Numbered from the stretch's first letter, positions 38,424 through 50,084 are shown. The stretch: 64,000 nucleotides of DNA from Nannocystis bainbridge (GCF_028368995.1 NZ_JAQNDL010000003.1:384001-448000), one strand, 5' to 3'. Notes: generated from the letters alone by a model not told the origin. Numbers and translations: made by a program.

Positions 38424-40118
38424 GTGCTGCTGACGAAGATCTGGGCTGCAATCCTCGCATGCCTCGCGACGGCCTTCCTCGCGGGTATGTTCCTCCTGTC
38501 TTTTGGGACCGCTGGAGGCTTCACGGACGCGGACCGTGCCGCACTCAAGGCGAAGACCGAGGCCGGTGTGGTCGCGCTCGAGGCCGCGATCCAGGCCTCA
38601 CCCGTCGCGCGAGCGCCGGCGATCCTGGCCGATCCGTATCTCAAACTCGCGCTCAATCCGGGTCAGCCCGGAGTCGGCAAGGTGACCCCGCCGTCGCTGG
38701 CTGACGCCTTCGCCACCGCCGCCAATTCGGCCGTGCTGTCCGACAACACGCAGATGACCGTCGGCCTGTTCGACAAGTCGGGCGCGCTGCTGGTGTACGC
38801 CGGCGGCGGGCACGACGAGCTCGTCGAGGCCGCGCTGCTGCCCAACTTCGTCACTGCCGCGACCGACAAGGAAGACCAGTTCTCCGCGGCGCTGCGCGGC
38901 TCGCTGCACGTCGTGCGGATCTCCAAGTCCGACGAGGCCAACCGGCGGCTCGTCGCCATTCACCCGCTCGACCTCGGCGCCAACTCGATCTTCCGCCGGA
39001 TCCTCGGCACGCAGAACCCTGCCGCCCTGGTGCGCAGCGGTCAGCCGCTCGAGAACACCCTGATCAACCCCGGCAACAGCGGCGACGCGCTCACCAAGTT
39101 CGCCACGGAGCACGGCAAGGACGCCCCCGGCGTCGGTGCCAGCGACGCCTACAAGGTCGGCGACGGCCTCAACGCCCGCATCGGCTCGATCGGTCGTGTG
39201 CCCGGGCCTGCCGGCGCCGGCGACGACGGCACCATGCTCGTCGTGCTCTCGGCCAACACCGCCGCTGCCGGGCAGAAGGACCTGTTCTCCGCCCTCAGCG
39301 ACGCCAAGGCCAACGGCTTGAGCGGCGAGCACCTCGCCATCCTCCTGTTCGTCCTCGCCATCGGCCTCGCCCTCGCCCTGTACTTGCCGAACCTCGAGGC
39401 CGCCAACCCGATCCGTCGCCTCACCGCCGAGTTCACCGCCATGCGGCTCGGCTCGCAGCAGCAGCTCTTCTACGACACCTACGGCACCGGCCCCGTCGCC
39501 GACCTCGCCAAGTCGGCGCACGCCTATCACGAGGCCCTGCGCTCGAGCCTCGCCGCCGGCGTCGCCGACGAAGACGTCGATCCCAGCGGTCGCGCCTCGC
39601 GGCGCGTCCAGGCCGTCAGCCCCACGCGTTCGCACCGCAAGGTCGGGCGCACCGGCGCTGCCGATCGCATCGACGCTGCGCCCGTGGTCGCCACCCCGGG
39701 CCCGGCCGAGGACGAGGCGCCGACCATGGCGCACCCCTCCTTGCCGTCCTCGAGTCAGCCGGCCGCCGGCCGCGGTCCTGGCTTCTTCACCATGCCTGCG
39801 ACCAAGCCGCTGCGCTCGCGCGAGACCGTCATCGGCAACCTGATGACGATGGACAACGACGCCCAGGGCGCCGGGCCCGAGCCGGCCAAGGACGACGCCG
39901 TGCGCGAGGCCTACTACCAGGAGGTCTTCGAGGAGTTCGTGAAGTTCAAGCTCGAGAACAACGAGCCGATCGACAACTTCACCTACGAGAAATTCGCCAC
40001 CAAGCTGCGGGCCAACACCGCCGAGCTGATGAAGCGGCCCGACGTGAAGGACGTGCAGTTCTCGGTCTACATCAAGGACGGCAAGGTCGCGCTCAAGGCG
40101 CGCGTCGTCCGCGGGTAA
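38424..40118 (+). CDS. MXAN_5187-like membrane protein
   Basis: N-terminal TM, periplasmic domain, second TM, C-terminal FTYEKFATKLRAN...VQFSVYIKDGKVALKA domain; GTG start. Confidence 0.75.
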   Translation: MLLTKIWAAILACLATAFLAGMFLLSFGTAGGFTDADRAALKAKTEAGVVALEAAIQASPVARAPAILADPYLKLALNPGQPGVGKVTPPSLADAFATAANSAVLSDNTQMTVGLFDKSGALLVYAGGGHDELVEAALLPNFVTAATDKEDQFSAALRGSLHVVRISKSDEANRRLVAIHPLDLGANSIFRRILGTQNPAALVRSGQPLENTLINPGNSGDALTKFATEHGKDAPGVGASDAYKVGDGLNARIGSIGRVPGPAGAGDDGTMLVVLSANTAAAGQKDLFSALSDAKANGLSGEHLAILLFVLAIGLALALYLPNLEAANPIRRLTAEFTAMRLGSQQQLFYDTYGTGPVADLAKSAHAYHEALRSSLAAGVADEDVDPSGRASRRVQAVSPTRSHRKVGRTGAADRIDAAPVVATPGPAEDEAPTMAHPSLPSSSQPAAGRGPGFFTMPATKPLRSRETVIGNLMTMDNDAQGAGPEPAKDDAVREAYYQEVFEEFVKFKLENNEPIDNFTYEKFATKLRANTAELMKRPDVKDVQFSVYIKDGKVALKARVVRG

Positions 40119-40224
40119 GCGCACGTCAGCGCGCGGCCCGAACGGGCTGCGAGCATCGAGGCCCGGGTCGGACCGCCATGGTCCCCCCGGGCCTCTGCAT
40201 GTCCGCTGCATTACACTGGGCCCG

Positions 40225-40800
40225 ATGCCGATCCTCAAAGTCGCCCAGATCGGGCACCCCGTGCTGCGCCAGAAGGCCCGCGAAGTCAGCCGCGAGGAGC
40301 TGCTGACCCCGGCGTTTCAGGCGTTCATCGACTCGATGATCGAGACCATGCGCGACGCCCAGGGCGCCGGCCTCGCCGCCAACCAGGTCCACGAGCCGGT
40401 GCGCGTGTGCGTCATCGAGGTCAAGGACAACCCGCGCTACCCCTACAAGCCCAACATCCCGCTGACGGTCCTCGTCAACCCCGTGCTGACCCCGCTGTGT
40501 GGCACGCGGTTCGAGAACTACGAGGGTTGCCTGTCGGTCCCCGACCTGCGCGGCATCGTCTATCGCTCGGTCGAGATCCGCGTCGAGGCGCTCGACCGCC
40601 TCGGCAACCCGATCGACAAGGTCGTCCGCGGCGTCACGGCCGGCACCTTCCAGCACGAGTGCGACCACCTCGACGGCATGCTGTTCGTCGACCGCGTCGA
40701 GGACCCTCGCACCTTCTGCACCTGGAAGGAGTTCGCCCGCCAGCACGAGGGCCGCTTCCGCGAGCACGTCAAGGAGCTCGTCGAGCACTACGGCTCCTGA
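40225..40800 (+). CDS. def: Peptide deformylase
   Basis: GAGLAANQ, EGCLS, QHECDHLDG. Confidence 0.96.
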   Translation: MPILKVAQIGHPVLRQKAREVSREELLTPAFQAFIDSMIETMRDAQGAGLAANQVHEPVRVCVIEVKDNPRYPYKPNIPLTVLVNPVLTPLCGTRFENYEGCLSVPDLRGIVYRSVEIRVEALDRLGNPIDKVVRGVTAGTFQHECDHLDGMLFVDRVEDPRTFCTWKEFARQHEGRFREHVKELVEHYGS

Positions 40801-40876
40801 GCGCCGCCACGCGCGACCTCGCCGCGGTGGTGCCTGCGTCCCCCTGAGCGCCGCGGATGTCCTGGCCGTGCCAGAC

Positions 40877-40914
40877 TGACATGCCCCTTTGAACATGCCC
40901 GAACGGGCATGTCC
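40877..40914. repeat. 14-bp-period decamer array (3 units)
   Basis: TGACATGCCC 40877, GAACATGCCC 40891, GGGCATGTCC 40905. Confidence 0.88.
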
Positions 40915-41081
40915 GATGTGCCAGCTTCGGCTCGCGCTCGCCGCGGTCCGCCGGCGCGCAGCGGCGCCCGCAGACGCTGGCCCGCGGACCCGGCGATCTC
41001 GGGGTCCGAGCGGCCCGGGGCGGCGCGGACCCGGGTTCGGGCGGGCGCGTGCGGGCTTGCGATGGTACACTCGCGCCGCTC

Positions 41082-42536
41082 GTGACCCCCACGCGCCGCA
41101 TCCTCGCCGCCAGCCTCGCCTCGCTGGCCCTGCACCTCTCGCCGCTCGTGCCCGGCGGGTGCGGCCTCGACATCAAGCTGGAGATGCCCGAGATCGAGTT
41201 CGAGGTCACGCAGTTCGAGACCGTCGAGCTCGACCAGGAGCTCAAGGGCGCCCCCCCGCCCGAGCCGCAGTCCGAGCCCGAGGTCACCCCGCCGCCGATG
41301 GGCCCTGACAAGCCGCCCGAGGGCGAGGGGCCCAAGCCCGAAGCCGAGCCGCCCAAGCCCAAGCCCAAGTTTGGCGAGAAGACCTCGCGCGTGGCCGAGC
41401 TCGGGCCTGGCAGCAGCAACTTCTTCATGTTGCTGGCGGCCAAGAAGGTCTCGGGCTTGCCGTTCGCCGAAGCGATCGTCGAGATCATGTCGCCGCTGCC
41501 CGACTTCGACTTCATCGTCACCGGCGGCGGCTTCCATGCCCTCAAGGACTTCAACTACATCGTCATCGCCAGCCCCAACCTGCGCGACCTGACCCAGACC
41601 TTCCTCGCCGTCGAGTATCGGCTGTCGCAGGCCGAGGTGCAGGCCGGCCTCGAGCGCGCCGCCGCGGCCGAGGGCCTCAAGATCGACTGGGAGGTCCGCG
41701 ACGGGCGGACCATGGGCAACCCGCGGCCGGTCGCCAACCCCGACCAGGACGACGACCCGCGGTGGTTCGTCTTCCTCGACGAAGACGTCGCCGTCTACGT
41801 GCGCGAGGAGTTCTTGCCCGCGATCACCGAGGGCCCCGACGAGTCCAAGGGCAACACCGCCGGCAACTTCGTCGCCAACCTCACCAAGCTCAAGAGCTTC
41901 GCCGCCCGCGAGCCGCGGGCCGGCCTCCAGCTCGTCCTCAAGGACCTCCGCGCCAGCATCAAGCTCAAGGGCGAGCCCCCGTTCCCGATCCCCAACAACC
42001 TCGAGCTCATGGCCGAGGCCGCCGCCACGCCCGAGCTCATCATCAAGGCCGAGTACCTCGACGCCGTCGAGGCCGCCCAGATGGAGCGGCAGTGGACCGA
42101 GGACCTCCCGGCCTTCATGGACGCCAAGGTCCCGTTCTACGCCCGCTTCATGGTCCGCAGCTTCTACGACGCCACCGAGGTCGCCCGCGACGACAAGGCC
42201 CTCAACCTGCGCGCCGACTTCACCAAGGACCAGGCCAAGTTCATCCTCGAGCAGATCGCCGAGGGCGCGCGCCGCATGCTCCGCCGCACCCCCGAGCAGA
42301 TCGAAGCCGCCCGCAAGCAGCGCGAGGAGATGTGGGCCGCGCGTAAGAACGGCAAGCTGAGCCCGAGCGAGGCGCTCACGCCGAAGGACCCCGGCAAGTC
42401 CGGCAAGCCCCCCGGCGAGCCCTTGCCGGCGCCCGGCGCCCCGCCCCCGCAGGACGGCGGCCCGGCCCCGAGCGCCCCGCCCGACGCGCCCGCGCCCGCG
42501 CCGACGCCCGCTCCCGCTCCCGCTCCGTCGCCCTGA
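41082..42536 (+). CDS. Hypothetical membrane-anchored protein with Pro-rich segments
   Basis: GTG start, ASLALH TM anchor then PE/PK-rich spacer reminiscent of TonB-like proteins; strong codon bias. Confidence 0.75.
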   Translation: MTPTRRILAASLASLALHLSPLVPGGCGLDIKLEMPEIEFEVTQFETVELDQELKGAPPPEPQSEPEVTPPPMGPDKPPEGEGPKPEAEPPKPKPKFGEKTSRVAELGPGSSNFFMLLAAKKVSGLPFAEAIVEIMSPLPDFDFIVTGGGFHALKDFNYIVIASPNLRDLTQTFLAVEYRLSQAEVQAGLERAAAAEGLKIDWEVRDGRTMGNPRPVANPDQDDDPRWFVFLDEDVAVYVREEFLPAITEGPDESKGNTAGNFVANLTKLKSFAAREPRAGLQLVLKDLRASIKLKGEPPFPIPNNLELMAEAAATPELIIKAEYLDAVEAAQMERQWTEDLPAFMDAKVPFYARFMVRSFYDATEVARDDKALNLRADFTKDQAKFILEQIAEGARRMLRRTPEQIEAARKQREEMWAARKNGKLSPSEALTPKDPGKSGKPPGEPLPAPGAPPPQDGGPAPSAPPDAPAPAPTPAPAPAPSP

Positions 42537-42856
42537 GCAGCCGCGAGCTTCCAGCGCGAGTGACTCGCGCAGCAGACTCGCGGGGATGCTCGCGCTCGGC
42601 AACATCGACCGCGAACCGAAGCGCGACCTGCTGCACCGTCCGCGCGCCGCGGAGCTCGCCCCGTGCATCCGCGAGCCCGAGGCGCGAACCGAACCCCGCC
42701 GCAAACTTCGAACTCACCACGCTCGAGCTCGCCGCCGCATCCGCCGCGCTCGCCGACCGAGCTCGACGCCATGCCGCGGAGCGCCCGCGAGCGCTCCGCC
42801 CGCCCACCCATCTCCTCCTCGCAACTGTGGCCAGCGGCCCGCAGCGGCGCGTTCGA

Positions 42857-42880
42857 GCACATGTCCCTCAAGACATGTCC
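42857..42880. repeat. 14-bp-period decamer pair
   Basis: GCACATGTCC 42857, AGACATGTCC 42871. Confidence 0.75.
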
Positions 42881-42944
42881 CTTCGACCCTCTCACAGCCC
42901 GCCGCTTCGTGGATCGGCGCCGGCCTGCGCGCTATCGTGGCGGC

Positions 42945-43961
42945 ATGGCCTACCGACTCACCCGCAGCGAGTCCATCCATCAGGCCGCGCTGCGGATCGT
43001 CGACGAAGAGCTGGGCCAGGCGATCGCTCGCCTGCGTGAGGCCCACCCCGACGCTCCCGACACGCACACCCGCGTGCACGCGGCCCGCAAGGCGATCAAG
43101 CGCACCCGGGCCCTGGCTCGCCTGCTGCGCGACGGCCTCGGCGCCGGCTTTCACCGCGACAACCTCGACCTCCGCGACGCCGCCCGACGCCTCGCCGAGC
43201 GCCGTGACGCGGCCGTCGCCGCCGACGTGTTCACCGGCCTCTTCCCCGAGTCCGAGGGCGCGCTGGCCGTCGTCCGCGAGCGCCTCGCCGCCGTGCGCGA
43301 CCAGGCCGTCGCCGGCGAGGACGCGCTCGACTCGGCCGCCGACGACCTCGCCCGCGTCCGCCAGCGCAGCGCCGACTGGCCCGCCCTGGCGCGGGGCTTC
43401 GACGCGCTCGAACCTGGCCTGAAGGCCAGCTACCGCCAGGGCCGCCAGGCCATGCGCGACGCCTTCGCCGACCCGAGCCCGGAGGCGTTCCACGCCTGGC
43501 GCAAGCGCGTCAAGGACCTCTGGTACCACACCCTGCTGCTGCAGAACGTCTGGAAAGGCGTGCAAGCGGCCTGGGCCGAGGCGATCGAGCAGCTCTCCGA
43601 CGCGCTCGGCGAAGACCACGACCTCGAGGTCTTGCGCATGGCCCTCGGCCAGCACCGCGATCTCAACGCCGAGGCCCGCCGCGCCGTCCTTGCCCGCGCC
43701 GACGCCCGCAGCGCCGAGCTGCGCGCCCGCGCCTGGTCGCTCGGCCGCCGCCTCTACGCCGAACGCCCGCGCCGCTACATCGCGCGGATCAGCCACTACT
43801 GGCAGGTCTGGCGCAGCGGCCAACCCCGCCCGGCCGAACCCCGCCCCAGCCGCGGCGCCGAGGCCCCCAAGACCTCGCTGGCGCCCGATCCGGAGTTCAT
43901 ATGTCCCGGAGACCAGGTCGCCGAGGACATGGCCCAAAAGTCATGTGACGGCGATGACTGA
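42945..43961 (+). CDS. CHAD domain (polyphosphate-binding) protein
   Basis: VHAARKAIKRTRA, RRDAAV, FHAWRKRVKDLWY, LGEDHD. Confidence 0.9.
   Translation: MAYRLTRSESIHQAALRIVDEELGQAIARLREAHPDAPDTHTRVHAARKAIKRTRALARLLRDGLGAGFHRDNLDLRDAARRLAERRDAAVAADVFTGLFPESEGALAVVRERLAAVRDQAVAGEDALDSAADDLARVRQRSADWPALARGFDALEPGLKASYRQGRQAMRDAFADPSPEAFHAWRKRVKDLWYHTLLLQNVWKGVQAAWAEAIEQLSDALGEDHDLEVLRMALGQHRDLNAEARRAVLARADARSAELRARAWSLGRRLYAERPRRYIARISHYWQVWRSGQPRPAEPRPSRGAEAPKTSLAPDPEFICPGDQVAEDMAQKSCDGDD
43897..43948. repeat. Intragenic 14-bp-period decamer array (4 units) forming the CHAD C-terminal tail
   Basis: TCATATGTCC 43897, GACCAGGTCG 43911, GGACATGGCC 43925, AGTCATGTGA 43939. Confidence 0.6.
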
Positions 43962-44004
43962 AGCCCGACGCGCGGCCCGATCGACCCAGGCCGCGTGGCC
44001 GCGA

Positions 44005-45108
44005 TCAGTCCTCGCCGACGTAGCCGTCCTCGAAGCAGTAGAGGCGCCGCGCGAAGTTACACTTGGAGGACAACGCGACCGTCCACTGCCGCTCGGCACG
44101 CCACGCCTCCCACGCTGGCCCCATCTCGACAGCCAATCCATTGAGCCCACGCATGGCTTGAAAGCGGCCCGCAGCCGATGTCCAGCTGTCGCAGTGGTCG
44201 AGCGGGTGCAGCACGTTCCCGAGGCCGGTGGTGTTGGTCCACACGAACTCCTCGGTCACCATCGCCCCGGTCTCGTCGATCGAGAGCCCGGTTCGTGGCC
44301 CGCTCGCCACCAGCTCGGCGAAGTCCGCCGCGATCACGCGCCCGTTGCGGAGGAAGTAGGGCACCTGCTGCAGATCGATCTGCTCGAACCGCGACGACGG
44401 CGACTGCGAACCGTCCGACAGCCACGCGCGGAACGTGTCGGCGTTGGCCAGCCCGACCGCCTTGGCCCGATCCCGACAGCGGATGTCGGCCCCGTCGAGC
44501 CCCCCGAGCGCGCCCGTGTAGACCTGGCTGGTCACGAACGCCAGACGCCCCTGCCACGTACAGCCCGCCCGGCACGGCGGCTCCTCGCCCGAGGCGACGC
44601 CGGTCCCGTTGAGGTCGCCCAGATCGCACACCTCGAAGCCCTCGTCGACGACCCCGTCCCCGCAGTGGGCCGCCAGCTGGCAGCCGTCGCAGCCGCCGTA
44701 CTCGCTCGAGTTGCCGTCGCCGAGGTCGCACGCCTCCACGCCTGCCCGCACGAAGCCGTCGCCGCAGACCGCCGCGGCGCACTGGTGCGTGCACGCGCCA
44801 TGGTCGGCGTTGGCGGGCCCGTCGTCGCACGCCTCGCCGGCATCGATCGCCCCGTCGCCGCAGTAGGACATGGCCTCGCCGGTGGAGGTGCTGGTGGTCC
44901 CGCCCGGATCGTCCGCCGTGGTGGTCGGCGCCTCGCCGGTGCTCTCCGTGCCGTCCGGCATCTCGCTGGTGGTCGCCGGGGCCGCGCTCGTCGTGCCCGG
45001 CTCGCTCGCCGTCGTCGCCGGCGCGCCCGGGTCCTCGCCCGTACAGCCATATGTCCCCCAGGACATGCCCGCAAAGACAGCCGCGATACGGATCCGCGTC
45101 AATGCCAT
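44005..45108 (-). CDS. Lipoprotein with DUF4215-type Cys repeats and a DUF1554/endostatin-like C-terminal domain
   Basis: TYGC lipobox, T-rich linker, CGDG..E.CD repeats, FVTS, GAD..C, AWLS, LYCFE. Confidence 0.8.
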   Translation of the reverse strand: MALTRIRIAAVFAGMSWGTYGCTGEDPGAPATTASEPGTTSAAPATTSEMPDGTESTGEAPTTTADDPGGTTSTSTGEAMSYCGDGAIDAGEACDDGPANADHGACTHQCAAAVCGDGFVRAGVEACDLGDGNSSEYGGCDGCQLAAHCGDGVVDEGFEVCDLGDLNGTGVASGEEPPCRAGCTWQGRLAFVTSQVYTGALGGLDGADIRCRDRAKAVGLANADTFRAWLSDGSQSPSSRFEQIDLQQVPYFLRNGRVIAADFAELVASGPRTGLSIDETGAMVTEEFVWTNTTGLGNVLHPLDHCDSWTSAAGRFQAMRGLNGLAVEMGPAWEAWRAERQWTVALSSKCNFARRLYCFEDGYVGED

Positions 45109-45956
45109 CACGCGCCTTCGAAGCAGTAGAGGTGAGCCGACTCGAGGCATGTCGTGGGGTTCGCCACTGTGTCGAACGTCCAGGTCGAGTCGGTCGCCCC
45201 GGGCGTGCCGAAGTAGCCCGACTGATCGGCGAGCGTCGCCGACGTCCAGTCCTCGCAGTGCGTCGCACCCGGCACCGCCGAGCCGTCGGGCATCGTCCCG
45301 GTCCACGCGCCCGCGCCGGACACCAGCGCCCCGTGTTCGTCGCGGTCGATCGGCGCCAGCAGCGGCCCTGCGACCAGCGCGGCGAAGCTGACCGCCACCA
45401 GCGCCCCGTCGGGCCGCACGTAGCGGCCCTCGCCCGCGAACACCCGCTCACGCGCCGCTGCCGTCGAATCGCTGAGCCACGCCGTGTACGTCGCAAACGA
45501 CGGCAGACCGCCCGCCTCGGCCAGCTGGCGGCAGATGCCGTCGGCGAACTCGAGCCCGCCGATGTCGTCGGGCCGGAACTTCTCGCTCGTGACGAAGACC
45601 ACCCGCGCCCGCCGGCAGCCCGCGTCGCACCCCGCGTCGTCCGGGTCGTCGCACTCCTCGCCCTCGTCGACGATCCCGTCGCCGCAGACCGCCGCCGTCC
45701 CGCTGCTCGTGCCCGTCGTCGTCTGCCCCGCGGTCGTGCCCGTCGTCGTCTCGCCGTCGGACGTCGCCTCGCCGCTCTCCGTGCCCGTGCCCACCTCGCC
45801 GTCGCCCGTCGAGGTCATCACCCCCGTGTCCGCGTCGCCGCTGCTCGAGCCCGTCGAGGAGCTGGTGTCGGGCCGCTCCCAGTCGAACAGCTTGAGCCCC
45901 GGCGCCACGCACCCGGGCGCGAGCACGGCGAGGAGCACGAGCACGACGGACCGCAT
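45108..45956 (-). CDS. Paralogous lipoprotein with a CGDG repeat and DUF1554-like domain
   Basis: APGC lipobox, [33 protein letters not shown]; TGATG coupling to next gene. Confidence 0.8.
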   Translation of the reverse strand: MRSVVLVLLAVLAPGCVAPGLKLFDWERPDTSSSTGSSSGDADTGVMTSTGDGEVGTGTESGEATSDGETTTGTTAGQTTTGTSSGTAAVCGDGIVDEGEECDDPDDAGCDAGCRRARVVFVTSEKFRPDDIGGLEFADGICRQLAEAGGLPSFATYTAWLSDSTAAARERVFAGEGRYVRPDGALVAVSFAALVAGPLLAPIDRDEHGALVSGAGAWTGTMPDGSAVPGATHCEDWTSATLADQSGYFGTPGATDSTWTFDTVANPTTCLESAHLYCFEGA

Positions 45957-46071
45957 CGCCTTTCACCGTAGCAGCGCGCGAACACGCGCACAAGCCCTGC
46001 CCGTCCCCGCCAAACGCCGCTTACCGACAAGCGTGAAACCCGCACTCGCGCCGGCGCGCGTGGCCTCTGCG

Positions 46072-46095
46072 CGACATGTCTCTCGAGACATGTCG
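46072..46095. repeat. Decamer pair forming a perfect tetraloop hairpin
   Basis: CGACATGTCT-CTCG-AGACATGTCG; stem extends to 13 bp (46069-46098). Confidence 0.85.
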
Positions 46096-46177
46096 CGCCC
46101 GGGCTACGGCGTACTTCCGCCCCTCGCCGCGCGCCCTCGACCCGAGCTTTCTCCGTGTCCTCGACGAAATAACTTTA

Positions 46178-46201
46178 AGACATGTCCTTCACGACATGTC
46201 C
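46178..46201. repeat. 14-bp-period decamer pair
   Basis: AGACATGTCC 46178, CGACATGTCC 46192. Confidence 0.8.
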
Positions 46202-46210
46202 CATGATTCA

Positions 46211-46669
46211 TCATCCGCCGCCGCGCACCAGCCGTCGCAGCCACCGCCACGCGCGGACCCACCAGCTCGCCATCGGCTCCTCCAGCGTGTCCGCCGGCGA
46301 GGGCTGGCCGCTCCGAGCCAGCATCTCGGGCGTGATGTAGAGCCCGCGCATCGTCACCCGGCCCGGCTCGTGCTCGCCGATCGAAGGCCGCGCCAGCGGG
46401 GCGAACAGCCCCAGCGCCCGGCTGCGATACCCGAACCCGTCCGGCTCCGCGGAGCGCCAGAACTCGGGCTCCGACAGCCGCGCCGCCAGCTCCGGCTCGT
46501 CGGTGAGCGGCGTGACGCGGTAGCTGATCCAGAACATGTCCTCGAACCGCGGCTCGCTCAAGTACGCGACCACGCGGTCGTCGAGCACGACGTCCCACCC
46601 CTCCGACCGCCCGTAGTCGGTCGCCTTCAGCCGGCGCCCCGGCGCCTGTCGTTCGCCGCGACGAGCCAC
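46211..46669 (-). CDS. Hypothetical protein (start uncertain, possible frameshift near 46640)
   Basis: Protein-like LKATDYGRSEGWDV...FEDMFWISYRV...VTMRGLY; GTG 46669, or ATG 46680 with a frameshift. Confidence 0.55.
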   Translation of the reverse strand: MARRGERQAPGRRLKATDYGRSEGWDVVLDDRVVAYLSEPRFEDMFWISYRVTPLTDEPELAARLSEPEFWRSAEPDGFGYRSRALGLFAPLARPSIGEHEPGRVTMRGLYITPEMLARSGQPSPADTLEEPMASWWVRAWRWLRRLVRGGG

Positions 46670-46757
46670 GCGTCGAGCATACCGCGCCAAGCCTCGCCTC
46701 TGCCGCGCGAGCTCGCGCCGCGAGCCATCGCCACGGCGCGAACCGCTGCGCCGCCGC

Positions 46758-47729
46758 TCAGCCCTGCGCCGCGCGGCGCAGCCGATCCGCGATCGCCCGC
46801 CCGAGCCCGACCTCGGGCACCGTCTCGACCACGATCGTCTCGACCTCTGGCGCGTCGAGCTCGCGCAGCGCGGCGAACAGCGCGTGCGCATAGCCCTCGA
46901 GCTCCGCCGGCATCACCTGCCAGCGACCGACGAACCCGGGCGGCCGCGGCCGCTGGCTCATCACCGCCACCGCGGGGCCGCCCAGCGCCGCCGCCTCGCC
47001 GGGCGCCACCAGCACCACCCGGGCCCGCGGCGCATAGTGACGGTGGCGCAGACCTGGCGATCGGGACATGGCCTCCGGGTCCTGTCCCGAGAGCACATCG
47101 ACCTCGCCGACGGCCGCCCGCAGCGCCTCGAGCGGCAGCCCGCCCATGCGCAGCACCATCGGCACCGGCCGCGTCGCGTCGACCACCGTCGACTCGAGCC
47201 CGACCGCGCACGGCCCCCCGTCGAGGATCACCTCGACCACCCCGTCGAGGTCGGCGAGCACGTGCCCGGCGGTCGTCGGGCTCGGCCGGCCCGAGCGGTT
47301 GGCCGACGGCGCCGCCAGCGGCCGCCCGCACGCGCGCAGCAGGGCCAGCGCGGCCGGGTGGCCGGGGATCCGCACGGCCACGGTGTCTTGCCCGGCGGTG
47401 GTCGCGTCGGGCACGACGGCGGCGCGCGGCAGCACCAGCGTCAGCGGACCTGGCCATAAAGACATCAGCCGCTCGGCCGCCGGCGGCACCGATCGCGCCA
47501 GCGCTCGCGCCTGCTCCGGGGCCGCCACGTGCACGATCAGCGGGTTGTCGGCCGGCCGCCCCTTGGCCGCGAAGATCCGCCCCACCGCCGCCGCGTCGAG
47601 CGCGTCAGCGCCGAGGCCGTAGACCGTCTCGGTCGGGAACGCCACCAGCCCGCCGCGGCGCAGCACCTCGGCCGCGCGGGCGATCGCCGCCGGGTCGTCG
47701 GCCGGCAACAGGGCTGTCTTCACGGACAT
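46758..47729 (-). CDS. sua5: L-threonylcarbamoyladenylate synthase (Sua5/TsaC2)
   Basis: FPTETVYGLG, KGRPADNPLIVH, WPGPLT, APSANRSG, ESTVVD, SPG..HYAP, DRLRRA; start MSVKT. Confidence 0.95.
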   Translation of the reverse strand: MSVKTALLPADDPAAIARAAEVLRRGGLVAFPTETVYGLGADALDAAAVGRIFAAKGRPADNPLIVHVAAPEQARALARSVPPAAERLMSLWPGPLTLVLPRAAVVPDATTAGQDTVAVRIPGHPAALALLRACGRPLAAPSANRSGRPSPTTAGHVLADLDGVVEVILDGGPCAVGLESTVVDATRPVPMVLRMGGLPLEALRAAVGEVDVLSGQDPEAMSRSPGLRHRHYAPRARVVLVAPGEAAALGGPAVAVMSQRPRPPGFVGRWQVMPAELEGYAHALFAALRELDAPEVETIVVETVPEVGLGRAIADRLRRAAQG

Positions 47730-47770
47730 GTCTCTTCCGCCATCCCCGGCTGTCCGCCGGGACATGTCCT

Positions 47771-48751
<981 letters not shown>

Positions 48752-48892
48752 GTGGGGGAGCGCGGCGGGGTTGGGCTAGGTTATGCAACCTACACCACCT
48801 GGTCCCGTCTCGTCAGCCGTCCTCGCGGGGGCCGGGGCGGCGGGTCCGATGCAGGTCGCGGCGCGCACCTTAGCCGCTAGTGCGGGTGGAGC

Positions 48893-48951
48893 ACAAAAGA
48901 CAGGCGGGCGGCGCGGTGGGGCGAAATCGCCACCCCCGCGCCGCCCGCCTG
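48893..48951 (-). terminator. Intrinsic terminator of ahpCD
   Basis: Long GC stem CAGGCGGGCGGCGCGG...CCGCGCCGCCCGCCTG followed on the minus strand by TCTTTTGT. Confidence 0.75.
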
Positions 48952-48982
48952 CTCGGCGCCCGGGGCGCCGAACGAACGATGT

Positions 48983-49510
48983 TCAGACGCCGAGCTCGAG
49001 GCTGACGGCGACGCCGTGGACCACCGCCGCGGTGCGCACCGCGTCGTGGATCTGCTCCGCCGTGCCGCCGGCCTCGCGGATCGTCTTCTCGTGGGAGACG
49101 ACGCACCGCTCGCAGCCGAAGACGGCGCTGACGGCCAGGCAGAACAGCTCAAAGTCGAGCTTCGAGCTGTGCGGCTTGGCGATCCGGGTCATGCGCAGGC
49201 GGGCCGGTAGCTTGTCGTAGTCCTCGCTGCCGACCATGTGCTTGAACCGGTAGTACACGTTGTTCATCGCCATCAGCGCCGCCGCGGCGCGGGCGTCCTC
49301 GACGGTCGCCGCGTCGACTTGCTCGCGCGCGGCGTCGATGAGCACCTGGGTCAGGGTCGCGTTGCGGGAAGCGATGGCGCAGGCCACCGCGATCCCCCAG
49401 CGCTGCGCCGCGGTCAGCGACGACTCCTGCAGGACGTTCTGCAGGTTCACCTTGAGGTCCCTGGCGGCCTCGGGGAGCGACTCTCGCAGTGATTCGATGG
49501 TGTTGGCCAT
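48983..49510 (-). CDS. ahpD: Alkyl hydroperoxidase AhpD
   Basis: [28 protein letters not shown]. Confidence 0.93.
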   Translation of the reverse strand: MANTIESLRESLPEAARDLKVNLQNVLQESSLTAAQRWGIAVACAIASRNATLTQVLIDAAREQVDAATVEDARAAAALMAMNNVYYRFKHMVGSEDYDKLPARLRMTRIAKPHSSKLDFELFCLAVSAVFGCERCVVSHEKTIREAGGTAEQIHDAVRTAAVVHGVAVSLELGV

Positions 49511-49550
49511 GGTGTCCTCCTTCCTTCGCGACCCTATCCGCTGCCCGTGC

Positions 49551-50084
49551 TTACGGGTTGAGGGTCGCCTCGCCCTTCTGCCAGTTGCACGGGCACAGCT
49601 CGTCGGTCTGCAGACCGTCGAGCACGCGCAGCACCTCGCCGACGTTGCGGCCGACCGACAGGTCGTTGACCGAGACCCAGCGGATGGTGCCCTGGGGGTC
49701 GACGATGAAGGTCGCGCGCAGCGGCACGCCGTCCTTGTGCAGGATGCCGAGCGCCTGCGACAGCTCGCGCTTGGTGTCGGCGACCATCGGGATCTTCAGA
49801 TCGCGCAGGTCGTCGTGGTTGTTACGCCACGCCAGGTGGACGAAGTGGGTGTCGGTGCTGACGCCGAGGACCTGCGCGTCGCGGTCGGAGAAGTCGCCGC
49901 TGCGACGGCCGAACTCGGCGATCTCGGTCGGGCAGATGAACGTGAAGTCCATCGGCCAGAAGAAGAACACCCGCCACTTGCCGGTGTAGCTCTTGTCGTT
50001 GATCTCGGTGAACTCTTTGCCCTTGTCGCGGCTGACGACGGCCTGGAGGGCAAACTGGGGGAACTGATCGCCTACGGTCAACAT
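49551..50084 (-). CDS. ahpC: Peroxiredoxin AhpC (2-Cys)
   Basis: [32 protein letters not shown]; start MLTVGDQFP. Confidence 0.95.
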   Translation of the reverse strand: MLTVGDQFPQFALQAVVSRDKGKEFTEINDKSYTGKWRVFFFWPMDFTFICPTEIAEFGRRSGDFSDRDAQVLGVSTDTHFVHLAWRNNHDDLRDLKIPMVADTKRELSQALGILHKDGVPLRATFIVDPQGTIRWVSVNDLSVGRNVGEVLRVLDGLQTDELCPCNWQKGEATLNP

